From an uncultured virus (IMG/VR IMGVR_UViG_3300042466_001016) (taxonomy: Duplodnaviria > Heunggongvirae > Uroviricota > Caudoviricetes): DNA of 64,000 nt. The stretch lies in IMG/VR virus record IMGVR_UViG_3300042466_001016. One strand, given 5' to 3'. The translations under genes were made by a program, and so were the position numbers. Shown piece after piece: positions 45,227 to 55,970 of the stretch. How positions within the stretch are numbered: position 1 is the first letter of the stretch; every line of letters begins with the position of its first letter. Under the pieces are notes generated by a model. It made no database searches, was not told where the DNA came from, and was given only the letters and a program-made list of their open reading frames with translations.

Positions 45227-47013
45227 ACGTCTTGTGCTGAATTTGTATTAAATTTAGTTGTCATTCTTTCACCGATTGGGTCCGCTGGGTATTTTGAATA
45301 ATATAAATCCCAATTATCAAACGGGTCTTGTCTTCTAACAGTAAAACAATAATTATCATACATATAGTGACACCCATTTAAAAAAGGGTAATTTAAAGTC
45401 TTGGCGTTAGATTCATTAAACCCTATATCTAATAAATCTCTCCATAAATATCTGCCATCACCTAAATCAACAGCGTAATCTGGTATACCTACAGTATATT
45501 GGTCTCCAGTTTCAACATATGTTGAGAAGTCTCTTATTTTTATCAAATGATGAGCTTTATAAAAATAACCTTCTTGTCTAGGGCCAAGACTTACAGTAGC
45601 TGTTGTTGGAGGTGTATAATTAGGGTTATTTGTACCCAAATTAATCAAGTAGGTCATACTTGGTGAAGACAACCTATTGGTTGTGTTGAATCTATGAGAT
45701 ACATCGGCCAATACAGTTTCTATTAATTGATTTGGATTATAGTCAACCAAATCACCATAAAAATCAGTACCGCTATTGGTAAACGTTACGTTTGTTTCCA
45801 AAGGAATATGTGAAGGAAATGGTAAAGAACCTGTTGTGTAACCACCATTATGAATCTTATTTATTGCTGGAATATCTAACAAATAAGGGTTTGCAGTTGC
45901 ACTAGTATTTAATTTGGGTATGTATGGTGTTTCAATACCAGAAGATACTGTTGTGAAAACACCATAACTATCTGTTTTTATTATAGTTAAATATAATTCA
46001 CTCAGTGGTCTACCTAAATTATCTTTTAGACCGTTTACATTGATATCCTCATTAAAAACAAATTGTTCTATACTGTCATTGAAGTAATTTTCACTAAAAG
46101 CTAATTTATAAGTTTCATAATCATCTTGTTCAATTACTGATGTGTTTCTTGTTTTTATTTTTCTAAACTTTCTAAAATAATATCTTGACTCCACACCACC
46201 AAACATTCTCTTCATTCTTGATATAGGAGAAACCGAACCAGTAGGAGGTAAATCCAAAACAAAATAATATCCTTGTAAATCACCATTATCTAAACCAGTT
46301 CTAACCACGACATGTTCACCATTATAGCCTGTGGTTCCAGATATTCTAACCACATCACCAACATTTAAGTTGTGTAAACAAGGCATACCAAACGCTGTCA
46401 TACTTCTCGTAGACAACACTACTGGTACTGCGTCTACTATTAGCAACCCATTATTCACCATTACGTGAGTACTGTCAATAGAGGCTGGGTATGTTATTGT
46501 TAATTCCCAATTTTTTACTGGTGGTGTGTTATCACCATTGTATGGATTTATATCTGGAACAAAACTAAATCTTTGTCTCTTTGGTTCCATATCAAAGAAA
46601 GTACATAAACCAGATTTTGAAATTTCTGGGTTAAAATAACCAAACCACCCATCTTTTTCTTTCAAATATTTGTTTATAATATTTGGATAAACAGAGTCAT
46701 TGAATCTAAATTTATCTGTTGATGTATCTTTATAATTAAAACCACTCCACGTATATTTGTCTAAAAATAAATTATCACTAAGATTGAACAAAGCGTTTGA
46801 AATATTTGGATTTATCGTCCCTAATATTCTATAAAAAGAATTTTCTTTTCTTTCATTATCAAATCTTTCACCTACGTTAACTATTTGATTGATGATATCT
46901 GGTGGTAAAATTCTTTGTTCACCATCTAGATTAATTTTCAAATAGATATCTGTATTTACAGAATTTTTTGATTTTTCTACACTTAATCTTTGTTGTATTC
47001 TATCTGTATTCAT
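45220..47013 (-). CDS. Virion structural protein (hypothetical)
   Basis: 597-aa ORF, LKDNLGRPLSELYLTI, WRDLLDIG..YPFLNG.HY. Confidence 0.7.
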   Translation of the reverse strand: MNTDRIQQRLSVEKSKNSVNTDIYLKINLDGEQRILPPDIINQIVNVGERFDNERKENSFYRILGTINPNISNALFNLSDNLFLDKYTWSGFNYKDTSTDKFRFNDSVYPNIINKYLKEKDGWFGYFNPEISKSGLCTFFDMEPKRQRFSFVPDINPYNGDNTPPVKNWELTITYPASIDSTHVMVNNGLLIVDAVPVVLSTRSMTAFGMPCLHNLNVGDVVRISGTTGYNGEHVVVRTGLDNGDLQGYYFVLDLPPTGSVSPISRMKRMFGGVESRYYFRKFRKIKTRNTSVIEQDDYETYKLAFSENYFNDSIEQFVFNEDINVNGLKDNLGRPLSELYLTIIKTDSYGVFTTVSSGIETPYIPKLNTSATANPYLLDIPAINKIHNGGYTTGSLPFPSHIPLETNVTFTNSGTDFYGDLVDYNPNQLIETVLADVSHRFNTTNRLSSPSMTYLINLGTNNPNYTPPTTATVSLGPRQEGYFYKAHHLIKIRDFSTYVETGDQYTVGIPDYAVDLGDGRYLWRDLLDIGFNESNAKTLNYPFLNGCHYMYDNYCFTVRRQDPFDNWDLYYSKYPADPIGERMTTKFNTNSAQDVC

Positions 47014-47014
47014 A

Positions 47015-50000
47015 TTATCCTGTTTTAGTTATAGTACAACCTATGTTATCTGTTACCGTTACAGTTATCGTTGGATTAGAATCAGTAAATAAACCGCTTG
47101 AATAACCTCCAGAATATGTGTATGGGGCTATTCCACCAGTAGGTGATGAAATAGCGTGTGTATAAGTACCAAAACCAGAGCTAGTCGTGTTTATATTAAA
47201 GTTTAATGCATAAGATGGTAACACCATTTGACTTGTTGTGTATGTTAATACATTACTATAACATGTATATGTTGGTGTATCACTAAATTTAATCTTAATA
47301 TTTGAACTAATTGATATTTTTGGAATAGTAAAAATAATAGGTAATGATGAACTAGTATATACTTGTGGACTTGGTAAATTTTGCCAAGCACCAGAATCAA
47401 TTTGATATGAAATATAGGCCGTACCATCAGTTGGTAAAGCGATATAAACAGGTATATTGTAGTTATCGGGGTCACATTGTTTAGATAATTGAACTGATGT
47501 GGGCATGTTGATTAGTAATTGTGTGTGTAAATCAATCAAGTTTGTAGTTATCGTTTGAGTCTGTGATGGTGAATTAGAATCAACAACTGTCGTTACGTAT
47601 GCGCCACGTCTTAAATTTGTCATATTTGGGGATAAACTTTCGTAACCACCAATACCAGTTGTTGTGATATTATATGGTGCGGTACCACCATTTATTATAA
47701 GGCTTATCTTACCATCTTGTCCGTTATAACAAGTAACATCTACGTGTGTTTCTGATAAAGTTAAATACGTTGGCCCACTAATTGTTAAACCAGTTGTTGT
47801 ACATGTGTTAATACCATCCGTAACACTCACTATATAACCATCCGTTGTGTTGACAGCTAAACCATTAATTATTTGTGGGTTTGTTGTTATAATACCACTA
47901 CTTGGAACTCCAACTGGTACACCAAAAAAGTCAGTTACTGTAAAATTAAGTGTTGGACCACCACCACCAGCATTAATTGATATTTGGCCATCATTGGTTC
48001 CTAAAGTTGTACAATTTTGAGTTACATTTGCTGAACAATAAAACGGTGTTGGACCAGCAACAACAACTGTTTGTGTTACTGGATTACCAGAATCATCAAT
48101 TACTGTTATTACATAACTACCAGCGGCCAATGTACTTAAAATAACTGGCAAAGAATTATCTATGTTTAATGGGTCAGAATTGACAGTACCACTATTTGAA
48201 TAGCCATTTGAACTATTTATTGTATATGTATACGGTCCATGACCACCAATCACCGTAAACGTAATAATACCAGATGATGTACTTGTTAAATCTGGTGTTT
48301 CAGATGTTTCTAAAAGCATATCGTTTCTCGTAAGTACTTTACAAGTAGTAAAATATCTTTGATTCATTTTGTCCAAAGATGTTTTGCCTGGCAAGGCACC
48401 AAAATAAAAATAAAACGAATGTTTTGGTTGTGCATAATTATTGGAAGACGCTATACCTCTAAAGTTGATATAATCTATACCATTATATGTTGTAGATTGT
48501 GCAAAATCATAAAAACCTAATGAGTTGTTTATATTAAAATTACTTGATAGGCCGTCAATATTTAAAGGGGTTGTTGGGAAAACTGAACTTTTATTCAAAG
48601 TTAAAAAAAAGTTTCTTATTTCTTCATTCAAATCACCATTTATATCATCAGAACCTATAATACCATCTGCTGGGTGTATAATAGCCCCAGTAATTGGGTC
48701 TTCTAATAATTCATCTAAATCCACACCAAGTTCACATATGTGTCTAATATTCATAGCTTGAGTCCCGTTCACATGTAAACCTAAACAATTTACATCGAAA
48801 AAATCACCTAACACAGTTCCACCTTCGAAAACCATACCAGTAGCACTTACGACATCAGTTCCGCTAGATGTTTGAGAAACTTCGGCAACATCTGGAGGTA
48901 ATTTATAACTTGTTGGTACGAGATATTGTTGTATTTTAGGTAAACCTTGCCAATCACAATCAAATACCGACCCTAAACAAATAACATCAGTTGCAAATAA
49001 TTTTTTTGAAGCATCATGTAGTGTTGATGCATAATAAAGTGTACCATCATATTTTTTAATCAAACCATCTCTAAATGTTCTATAAACTTTATATTCTTTT
49101 TGACAATCTTCATGACTGCTATTATCGAAAAGCGTATCCGCAAACATATGGTTATGACAATCATTATCTGGAATACCATTATCATTGCCATCTACACCGC
49201 TATAATTTGGGTCAGATGTAAAATCACTGCAATCGTATTCACAAAATTTTTCCCTACCCTTTCTTTTTTTCTTATATTTTAAAAGATAACTGAACAACGT
49301 ACCATTTACCCAATCATTATAAAAATCAAATTGGAATAAATTTAATGCTTTGGCTAATTCAAAAGCAACACAATCAGTCCAACCAACATCATCCCCAAAT
49401 TTACACGTATGACCTAATGAATCACCACAGTATCTAGTGGGTTGTGGATTGGCTGCGCTATAACCTTCGTCATCAGATGAACAACCTGGAGCATAATAAA
49501 CAGTACCATCATCAGTTTCACACTGAACCGTAATACATGGAACATAATCTAATAAATCAAGACCAGCACCCAAAACATTTATAAATTCAATGATACGGTT
49601 AACCAATTTTATTATTTTATTAATTAACTTTATAACGGTTCTGTTTATTAACCATACAATAAACCCTATTATTTTCATAATCAAACAAATAATAAAAAAA
49701 ATAGGGCTGGTTTCGGTCATAATCCTATTATACGGAAAAGGCGTTTTATCACCAGCACAAGCATCAACGTCTTTAATGGCCATCATATTTTTGGCTGGTG
49801 GGCCATTTGTATTATCAAGGCCAAATCTAGTTATAAAGTTAGAAACACTATAAATTTTGTTCCAATATAAATCTTTAAAACTACTATTTTTTGTTTTGGT
49901 ACCGAATTCGTAATCAATTTCGTTGGTTGTTTGTGGGTTATTTGGTACCAAATAACTTGCTCTGGTTCTCAATCGCCCTTCACCGCCAGTCTCATCCATA

Positions 50001-51076
50001 GAAATTTTAAACCTAACACTAGTCCTTGTAGGAATACCAATATTTGGGTCTTGTGATAATATCATCGTACCGTCTTCGGCAGTGACCATATAATCTAAAT
50101 TCATAGGGATTTGAAATGCCCACGCACCATCATCGTCAATAACTCTACCACCATCAACATTAAAATCTTCAATTTCATTGTCAATGTTTTTCCTTACAAT
50201 ATCAATTGAACCAGATGAAGTTATTTGTTGACACATTTGACCCAAAGCTTTTCTTGGACGGCAACGTTTATTGATGCTATGTTTATCTTGGTCACCAAAT
50301 ATACTACCAATAAAAATAGCAGCTGGTGTTAGATTGTAATTTAAATCAATGTCTACTCTGGTTATACCTATTTCACAATTTTCGGTATCACCCCAAAATG
50401 GTTGAACGTTGACACCAACATTTGATGTTTTAACTTGTGGTAATTTATCTAGATTTGTACCACCTTTGAATTTGGTTGGACTATCAAATAATTTAGTTGG
50501 TGCTCCTTGTCTAATTAAATCATAGGGTCTTTGAGAAGCATCACCTATGTCAGAAATATCTGCATCAACATGAATTGTATATGTTCCAAGTGGCACACCA
50601 AAAATCATAAAATCACCAGCATAGTTTGTAGTAGTTGTGAATTTATAATATTTACAGTAAATATTTAATATTGTATCATTGTCCAACACTTCTCTTTTTG
50701 TTGGAAATGTTCCTATTGGTGTGAAACAATCATTATTGGTTTCAGATTCTTTAGGGAACAAATTATAACGAATACCATCACCATCTTTATCTGTAATCAC
50801 TTCAAAAGGATATAAACCATTTATCAAAGGGTCATTTTTATCAATATCATCAATAGGTATAAAAACACTAACCTTGGCATTGGGGACTCCAAAACCACTA
50901 TTTATGATGACTCTACCTACAATTGTACCATAATCAGAGCAAAATTTTGTATAAACATCTTCTTGTGATAACCTTAAAGAAAGGATTTCAATAAAATCAA
51001 AATCTTGGTCTAATTTTACCTTTAAATATTTATCGCTACCATTTGGTGACGTATTTATTCTTATTGTATTTGACAT
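47015..51076 (-). CDS. Very large Cys-rich virion protein with N-terminal carboxypeptidase-regulatory-like domain, central hydrophobic helix and C-terminal SprB-like repeats
   Basis: GTIVGRV..GVPNAKVSVF, GDFMIFGVPLG; PIFFIICLIMKIIGFIVWLI; VTCYNGQDGKISL...GGTAPY..Y.VTV.D repeats. Confidence 0.75.
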   Translation of the reverse strand: MSNTIRINTSPNGSDKYLKVKLDQDFDFIEILSLRLSQEDVYTKFCSDYGTIVGRVIINSGFGVPNAKVSVFIPIDDIDKNDPLINGLYPFEVITDKDGDGIRYNLFPKESETNNDCFTPIGTFPTKREVLDNDTILNIYCKYYKFTTTTNYAGDFMIFGVPLGTYTIHVDADISDIGDASQRPYDLIRQGAPTKLFDSPTKFKGGTNLDKLPQVKTSNVGVNVQPFWGDTENCEIGITRVDIDLNYNLTPAAIFIGSIFGDQDKHSINKRCRPRKALGQMCQQITSSGSIDIVRKNIDNEIEDFNVDGGRVIDDDGAWAFQIPMNLDYMVTAEDGTMILSQDPNIGIPTRTSVRFKISMDETGGEGRLRTRASYLVPNNPQTTNEIDYEFGTKTKNSSFKDLYWNKIYSVSNFITRFGLDNTNGPPAKNMMAIKDVDACAGDKTPFPYNRIMTETSPIFFIICLIMKIIGFIVWLINRTVIKLINKIIKLVNRIIEFINVLGAGLDLLDYVPCITVQCETDDGTVYYAPGCSSDDEGYSAANPQPTRYCGDSLGHTCKFGDDVGWTDCVAFELAKALNLFQFDFYNDWVNGTLFSYLLKYKKKRKGREKFCEYDCSDFTSDPNYSGVDGNDNGIPDNDCHNHMFADTLFDNSSHEDCQKEYKVYRTFRDGLIKKYDGTLYYASTLHDASKKLFATDVICLGSVFDCDWQGLPKIQQYLVPTSYKLPPDVAEVSQTSSGTDVVSATGMVFEGGTVLGDFFDVNCLGLHVNGTQAMNIRHICELGVDLDELLEDPITGAIIHPADGIIGSDDINGDLNEEIRNFFLTLNKSSVFPTTPLNIDGLSSNFNINNSLGFYDFAQSTTYNGIDYINFRGIASSNNYAQPKHSFYFYFGALPGKTSLDKMNQRYFTTCKVLTRNDMLLETSETPDLTSTSSGIITFTVIGGHGPYTYTINSSNGYSNSGTVNSDPLNIDNSLPVILSTLAAGSYVITVIDDSGNPVTQTVVVAGPTPFYCSANVTQNCTTLGTNDGQISINAGGGGPTLNFTVTDFFGVPVGVPSSGIITTNPQIINGLAVNTTDGYIVSVTDGINTCTTTGLTISGPTYLTLSETHVDVTCYNGQDGKISLIINGGTAPYNITTTGIGGYESLSPNMTNLRRGAYVTTVVDSNSPSQTQTITTNLIDLHTQLLINMPTSVQLSKQCDPDNYNIPVYIALPTDGTAYISYQIDSGAWQNLPSPQVYTSSSLPIIFTIPKISISSNIKIKFSDTPTYTCYSNVLTYTTSQMVLPSYALNFNINTTSSGFGTYTHAISSPTGGIAPYTYSGGYSSGLFTDSNPTITVTVTDNIGCTITKTG

Positions 51077-51083
51077 TGTCTAA

Positions 51084-51425
51084 TTATTTGTTTGTTATAT
51101 CCTCAACATCTAATAATATTACATTATCTTCTGTTAATTCTTCATAGTCGTCATCATCATCATCATCATCATCTTTTTGTTTAAATTTATTTCCCAAAGA
51201 TAATAACATAGGTTTTACATCAATTTTTTCATTTAACACCAACATATTAAACATAAGCCAAACTATATATAAATTTATTAGTGGCAAAGCCGCTACAAGA
51301 ATTAAAAAACCTAAAACTTTTAAGGTATATTTTATTATTGTTTGACCTACAGATTTAGGTTTTTTATTTTCATTTTCAAGCATGGAATCCATGCTTTGTC
51401 CGTTTTTACAATTACAGCCGCCCAT
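51084..51425 (-). CDS. Small membrane protein with N-terminal GCNCK motif
   Basis: Long hydrophobic segment, acidic tail; TATATTTG element at 51462-51469. Confidence 0.7.
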   Translation of the reverse strand: MGGCNCKNGQSMDSMLENENKKPKSVGQTIIKYTLKVLGFLILVAALPLINLYIVWLMFNMLVLNEKIDVKPMLLSLGNKFKQKDDDDDDDDDYEELTEDNVILLDVEDITNK

Positions 51426-51494
51426 ATGTTACGATTTTATTTTTTTAAAACATTATTTGTACAAATATAAGGATTAAAACTTTATAAGGAAACC

Positions 51495-53315
51495 TTAATT
51501 TTTAACCCTTACTTTGATATCTAATGTTGGAAATTTAATTTCAAACATGCTTACTGGGTCACCAAAAAGAGTGTAATCCGCAGAAATATCAACTTGTTTA
51601 GTTGTATTATCAATATAAGGTTGTGAAATTTCGTTAAGACTGTAATTCCCACCAACCTTATTATATACTCTAAGGTCAATTACGTTAAGAACACCACCAG
51701 CATTATTTATAGTTTCAACCAATGGTGATAGATATATGTTTTCACCCATTTGATAAGTGTTAATATCCATAAATTTTTGAACATCAGTAATAACTTGGCT
51801 AACTATTTGAGACTGGGGTGTTTTTTTATCAACATATAAATCAATTTCAAACGATAAATTTATTATTTTACCATTGTCAATTTGAACGTAGTCGTTTAAC
51901 ATTCTATAATCAGCTAAATACGTTGCTATGTTGTTCATCATTGTGCTTGTTGAACTATTTGAAAGAGTTGAATTTGCATCTAAACCTAAAGTGTATATTT
52001 TTATTTTGTTTTGTTCTTCAAATACACCACATCTAAACGGAACACCAAAATTACCTGGCATCATTGAAATTCTAGCTTGATAATCTTTTATTGTTACAGC
52101 TCTATTTTGAGATGCAAAATTATATTTAACTAGGTTTCTAATTTCTTCTACACTAGGTTCATCTCTACCACCCAAAGCTGGAAATGCATTGTTAACCTTT
52201 AAAGATGTTTTAATAGCATTGTTAATATTTTGAACTGGGCCGTTAATTGTCATATTAATTAAACCAATACTTGTCAAGACATTGGTACCTAAATTTGTAT
52301 CAGCACCACCACCAACTCTATATTTAACAAATATAGTTGTATTGGGTGTTAAAGTTTCACCCAACGACATATTATTGATAAAATCACCAATTTGATTTAC
52401 CAAAGCCTTATTTGTGTCAAAATCACAAAGACTAGAAGTGTCTTGAGTTCCACCACCAAAGGTTATCTTGGTAAACCCTAAATCTGTATATTCAGATATA
52501 AACTTTTTTGTAGTTGTAATCCATTTTCCAGCTGTTACACCAGGATTGTCACTGGCTATTGTATTATCTTGAATAAAAATTTGACTTTCAGCCAACGCAT
52601 CCATTTCATACCATCTAAGTGATGAGTCTAAAAATTGACTATTTGTTGGAACCGTAGTATAATTGGTTCCTTGTAATGCTATAATCGAATCAATAGATAT
52701 AACGTTATCATCTGGTAATATAACGGTCAAGAAAGGTTTTACATCAGAAGCCGTAATCACTCTATTAAAAATTTTGGTAAACCCATTGACAACCATTTCT
52801 CTTTTTACGATGGTATAATTATTTAATATACCATTTGAATTAAAATTAGGTAAAATTAATCTATTTGGAATACCTCCAATTGTAAAAGGATTTGAAAAAT
52901 CAATATCGTTTGTGGTTTCAAATATTTTACCACCACCAGAAACTTGTGCACCACTAGCAATAACAGGACAATATGATATGTCAAATGTATCACCAAATGG
53001 CGGTACTGTAACTGAAAAATCAACAATTGTAACGCTTGGACGTTTTCCTGGAACTTTAAGACCAAATGTTCTCGCCATTGATAGAATAGATTTTTTTTCT
53101 TGTGCGTAATCTATCTGGGTTTCTTGAAATAACCTATCTGTGTTAAATGATAGCATATCACCAACGGCAGCGTTTAATTCAAGAAGCATCATACCAACTG
53201 ATGCATCGTTATAGTCATTAAAAATATCTGGATAATACTGTTTGGCCATATTGACCAAATCAATTCTGATATCAGCGAAGTTTCGTGAAGTATAATTTAT
53301 ACCTGTATTTGCCAT
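51495..53315 (-). CDS. Baseplate wedge subunit (T4 gp6 / baseplate J-like)
   Basis: YTSRNF..IR..L, ASVGMMLLEL.A.VGD.LSF..D, YRVGGG, GG.DEPSVEEIR, QNRAVTIKDY. Confidence 0.9.
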   Translation of the reverse strand: MANTGINYTSRNFADIRIDLVNMAKQYYPDIFNDYNDASVGMMLLELNAAVGDMLSFNTDRLFQETQIDYAQEKKSILSMARTFGLKVPGKRPSVTIVDFSVTVPPFGDTFDISYCPVIASGAQVSGGGKIFETTNDIDFSNPFTIGGIPNRLILPNFNSNGILNNYTIVKREMVVNGFTKIFNRVITASDVKPFLTVILPDDNVISIDSIIALQGTNYTTVPTNSQFLDSSLRWYEMDALAESQIFIQDNTIASDNPGVTAGKWITTTKKFISEYTDLGFTKITFGGGTQDTSSLCDFDTNKALVNQIGDFINNMSLGETLTPNTTIFVKYRVGGGADTNLGTNVLTSIGLINMTINGPVQNINNAIKTSLKVNNAFPALGGRDEPSVEEIRNLVKYNFASQNRAVTIKDYQARISMMPGNFGVPFRCGVFEEQNKIKIYTLGLDANSTLSNSSTSTMMNNIATYLADYRMLNDYVQIDNGKIINLSFEIDLYVDKKTPQSQIVSQVITDVQKFMDINTYQMGENIYLSPLVETINNAGGVLNVIDLRVYNKVGGNYSLNEISQPYIDNTTKQVDISADYTLFGDPVSMFEIKFPTLDIKVRVKN

Positions 53316-53316
53316 A

Positions 53317-53703
53317 TTAAATGTTGATTATTATAAAGTCTGTTGCGTTAAAGACATCATTTGTTATTGTGTAATCTATTCTTACAACAGCAGCATAATC
53401 ACTTTCTGTTGATTGTTCGACCGTTAAATTATTTATTTTAAGATTTGGTAAATACTTTTTAACAGATGTGTTTACTTCATCCTTAACACTATTTAATGTT
53501 AACCCATCTTCTGGTTCAAAAATATATTTCAATAAGTCAGTACCAAAATCTGGATTATAAAGTCTTTGACCCTTTCTGGTTATTATCAAATGCATTAGGT
53601 CAGCTTTTATCGCTGCGTTTAAATCTGAATTCAAATCCAGAAAAAAACCCTTATCGCTATTCTGAAAGGGATAGTTTATATTTATGTATTTACCGTTTGC
53701 CAT
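53317..53703 (-). CDS. Baseplate protein gp25/GPW family
   Basis: IKADLMHLIITRKGQRLYNPDFGTDLLKYIFEP. Confidence 0.92.
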   Translation of the reverse strand: MANGKYININYPFQNSDKGFFLDLNSDLNAAIKADLMHLIITRKGQRLYNPDFGTDLLKYIFEPEDGLTLNSVKDEVNTSVKKYLPNLKINNLTVEQSTESDYAAVVRIDYTITNDVFNATDFIIINI

Positions 53704-53754
53704 ACCATCTTTTTACATAAATATAATAAGACATTATTTTTATAAGTAAATATA

Positions 53755-53788
53755 AATAAAAAAGGCCCCAAAAGGGCCTTTTATTTTT
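53755..53788 (-). terminator. Intrinsic terminator after nrdA
   Basis: AAAAAAGGCCC-CAAAA-GGGCCTTTT with A-run on the left. Confidence 0.8.
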
Positions 53789-53796
53789 AGTATATG

Positions 53797-55959
53797 TTAA
53801 GCTGTGCATCCAAAACACTCAAATTGAGTATCCTTTGGTTTTGGGGGTTGGGGTATCAGTGTTATTTGATTGGATGCTAGTTTGGTGTTGGTGCCCAGTT
53901 TTGACTTGGTTCTGGTGTAATAAACACCTGTTTTAAGCCCACCCTTCCATGCATACATCAAGGCACTTGCTATCTTGCCATATTTGGCATCAGAATGATA
54001 AACGTTCAATGATTGAGATTGGTCAACATATTTGTTTCTAATAATTGCCAAATCCAATAAGGTTTTTTGAGATATTTCCCAAACATCCTTGTATCTAAAT
54101 CTGATATCTTCTGGAATTTCAATGATATTTTGAATACTTCCTTTATTTTTGATAAGTTTATCAATCATCTCAGAATCCCAAAGTTCATTTTCAAGCAATT
54201 CATTAACCAAATATTTATTTACAATCAAGAATTCACCTTGTCCTACACGTCTTGTAAACAAATTAGAAGTAACTGGTTCAAATGATTCAAACACACCCAA
54301 TAAAATAGCTGATGATGCTGTAGGCATAAGACCCAAGAACAAGCTATTATAAAGCGGAATAGGTTCTCCAGCTGGTCTCGGTGACCAACCTTCAATGTAT
54401 GTTTCACCTTTTGAATAACGACTACCTTCCCACGATGGATAATTTTCACCTTTCTCTTCAGCAATTTTCATTGATTCTTCAACAGCAGCTTTGTACATGG
54501 TTTCGAAGATATCATGATTCCATTTTTTAGCTTCTTCACTTTCAAAAGAAATCTTTTTCTTAGCAAAGAAGTCAGCCAAACCAGCAACACCTATAGCCAA
54601 AGCTCTTTGGTCAAGACCAGCATCCTTGCTCCAATCATCACTCCATTTATTTTTGTTAATGACTTGATTTAAACCTCTAACCATAACTCTTGTACTTTTG
54701 TCAATACTTTTCAAACCATAATGTTCAGCTAAGTTTATCGAACCCAAAGTGCATTGTGGTGTATATTTAGGTTTTGAAGCTTGAAATACTTCAATGCACA
54801 AGTTTGATTGTTTGATTGGGCCGATGTTGTCTTGCATATTACGCTTGTTCGCATTGTCTTTGAACATTACATAAGGACGACCACTTTCAACTTGTGATTT
54901 AACAATTGAGTCAAATATTTCTTTAGGGTTGACCTTTTTACCAATACCCAAAGAAACAGCTTTCTCATACTCAGCATCAAATTCATCACCACAAAGGTCA
55001 TATAAGGGTTTTAAACCAGCTTTTTTGATGTCGTTAGGGCAGAATAAATACCAATCTTCTCCAGCTTCAAGTTTTCTCATAAACAAATCATTTATGATTG
55101 CCGAAGTAAATAAATCACGACTCCTCATTTGTTCATCACCAATAGGCAAGGTAAGTTCCAAGAATTCAAATATGTCTTTGTGCCACACTGATAGGTATAA
55201 CGCACAACTTCCAGAACGTGAACCTTGTTTATAGAAACGCATTTTAGATTGAACCATATCTGCTAATCTAATAACACCACCAGCATTGCCTTGAAAAGAC
55301 TCCACAACGCTTTCTTTGCTTCTCAGTGGGTCAATCAATAACCCAATACCAGAACCTTCTTTTGAGGCAGCTGCAATCTTCGTAAGAGTATTTTCAATAC
55401 CCTCAAACGAATCTTCTTCCAAATGTGTAAGGTTGCAACTAATCATACCACCTCTTTTGTTAATACCAGCATTGGTGTATATAGGAGTTGCAAAATTTGC
55501 TTTTTTAGATTCTAATTCTTTAAGAAGTTCTTTTCTTTGTACATCATCATCATCATGTAAATGTTTAACAACACGTTCATACATACACGAAGGTAATTCA
55601 ATAGGAGCTTTTTTATTGTCTCTCATCGAATACTTTTGCAAAAATGTAGTAGCGGCAAAAAAATCATAAGTTAAATCAACGTCTTTTAATTCTTTACCTA
55701 TCAATTTAGATTGACGACTTAAAAGAATCCGACCACCCAATAATGAATAATCTGGATGTTGAATGATTTTATCAGCAGCTTTAAAGGCTATTATTTCATC
55801 AATTTCAGTTGTGGTGATATTATCACTAATCAAGGGTATTACCTCTTGAAAAAGCGCATCTGAATCAACTTTTAAACCATTGGCTTGGGTTTTGATTCTA
55901 CTAAGAATCTTATTAGGCATGAACGCCTGTGTACTGTTGTCTCTTTTTAATATTCTCAT
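53797..55959 (-). CDS. nrdA: Ribonucleotide reductase class Ia alpha subunit
   Basis: ATP cone, ATP..NAG, SC, QSNLCIE, CTLGSINL, LMPTASSA, DQSQS, LKTGVYY, C-terminal CFGC. Confidence 0.95.
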   Translation of the reverse strand: MRILKRDNSTQAFMPNKILSRIKTQANGLKVDSDALFQEVIPLISDNITTTEIDEIIAFKAADKIIQHPDYSLLGGRILLSRQSKLIGKELKDVDLTYDFFAATTFLQKYSMRDNKKAPIELPSCMYERVVKHLHDDDDVQRKELLKELESKKANFATPIYTNAGINKRGGMISCNLTHLEEDSFEGIENTLTKIAAASKEGSGIGLLIDPLRSKESVVESFQGNAGGVIRLADMVQSKMRFYKQGSRSGSCALYLSVWHKDIFEFLELTLPIGDEQMRSRDLFTSAIINDLFMRKLEAGEDWYLFCPNDIKKAGLKPLYDLCGDEFDAEYEKAVSLGIGKKVNPKEIFDSIVKSQVESGRPYVMFKDNANKRNMQDNIGPIKQSNLCIEVFQASKPKYTPQCTLGSINLAEHYGLKSIDKSTRVMVRGLNQVINKNKWSDDWSKDAGLDQRALAIGVAGLADFFAKKKISFESEEAKKWNHDIFETMYKAAVEESMKIAEEKGENYPSWEGSRYSKGETYIEGWSPRPAGEPIPLYNSLFLGLMPTASSAILLGVFESFEPVTSNLFTRRVGQGEFLIVNKYLVNELLENELWDSEMIDKLIKNKGSIQNIIEIPEDIRFRYKDVWEISQKTLLDLAIIRNKYVDQSQSLNVYHSDAKYGKIASALMYAWKGGLKTGVYYTRTKSKLGTNTKLASNQITLIPQPPKPKDTQFECFGCTA

Positions 55960-55970
55960 TTTTATAATTT

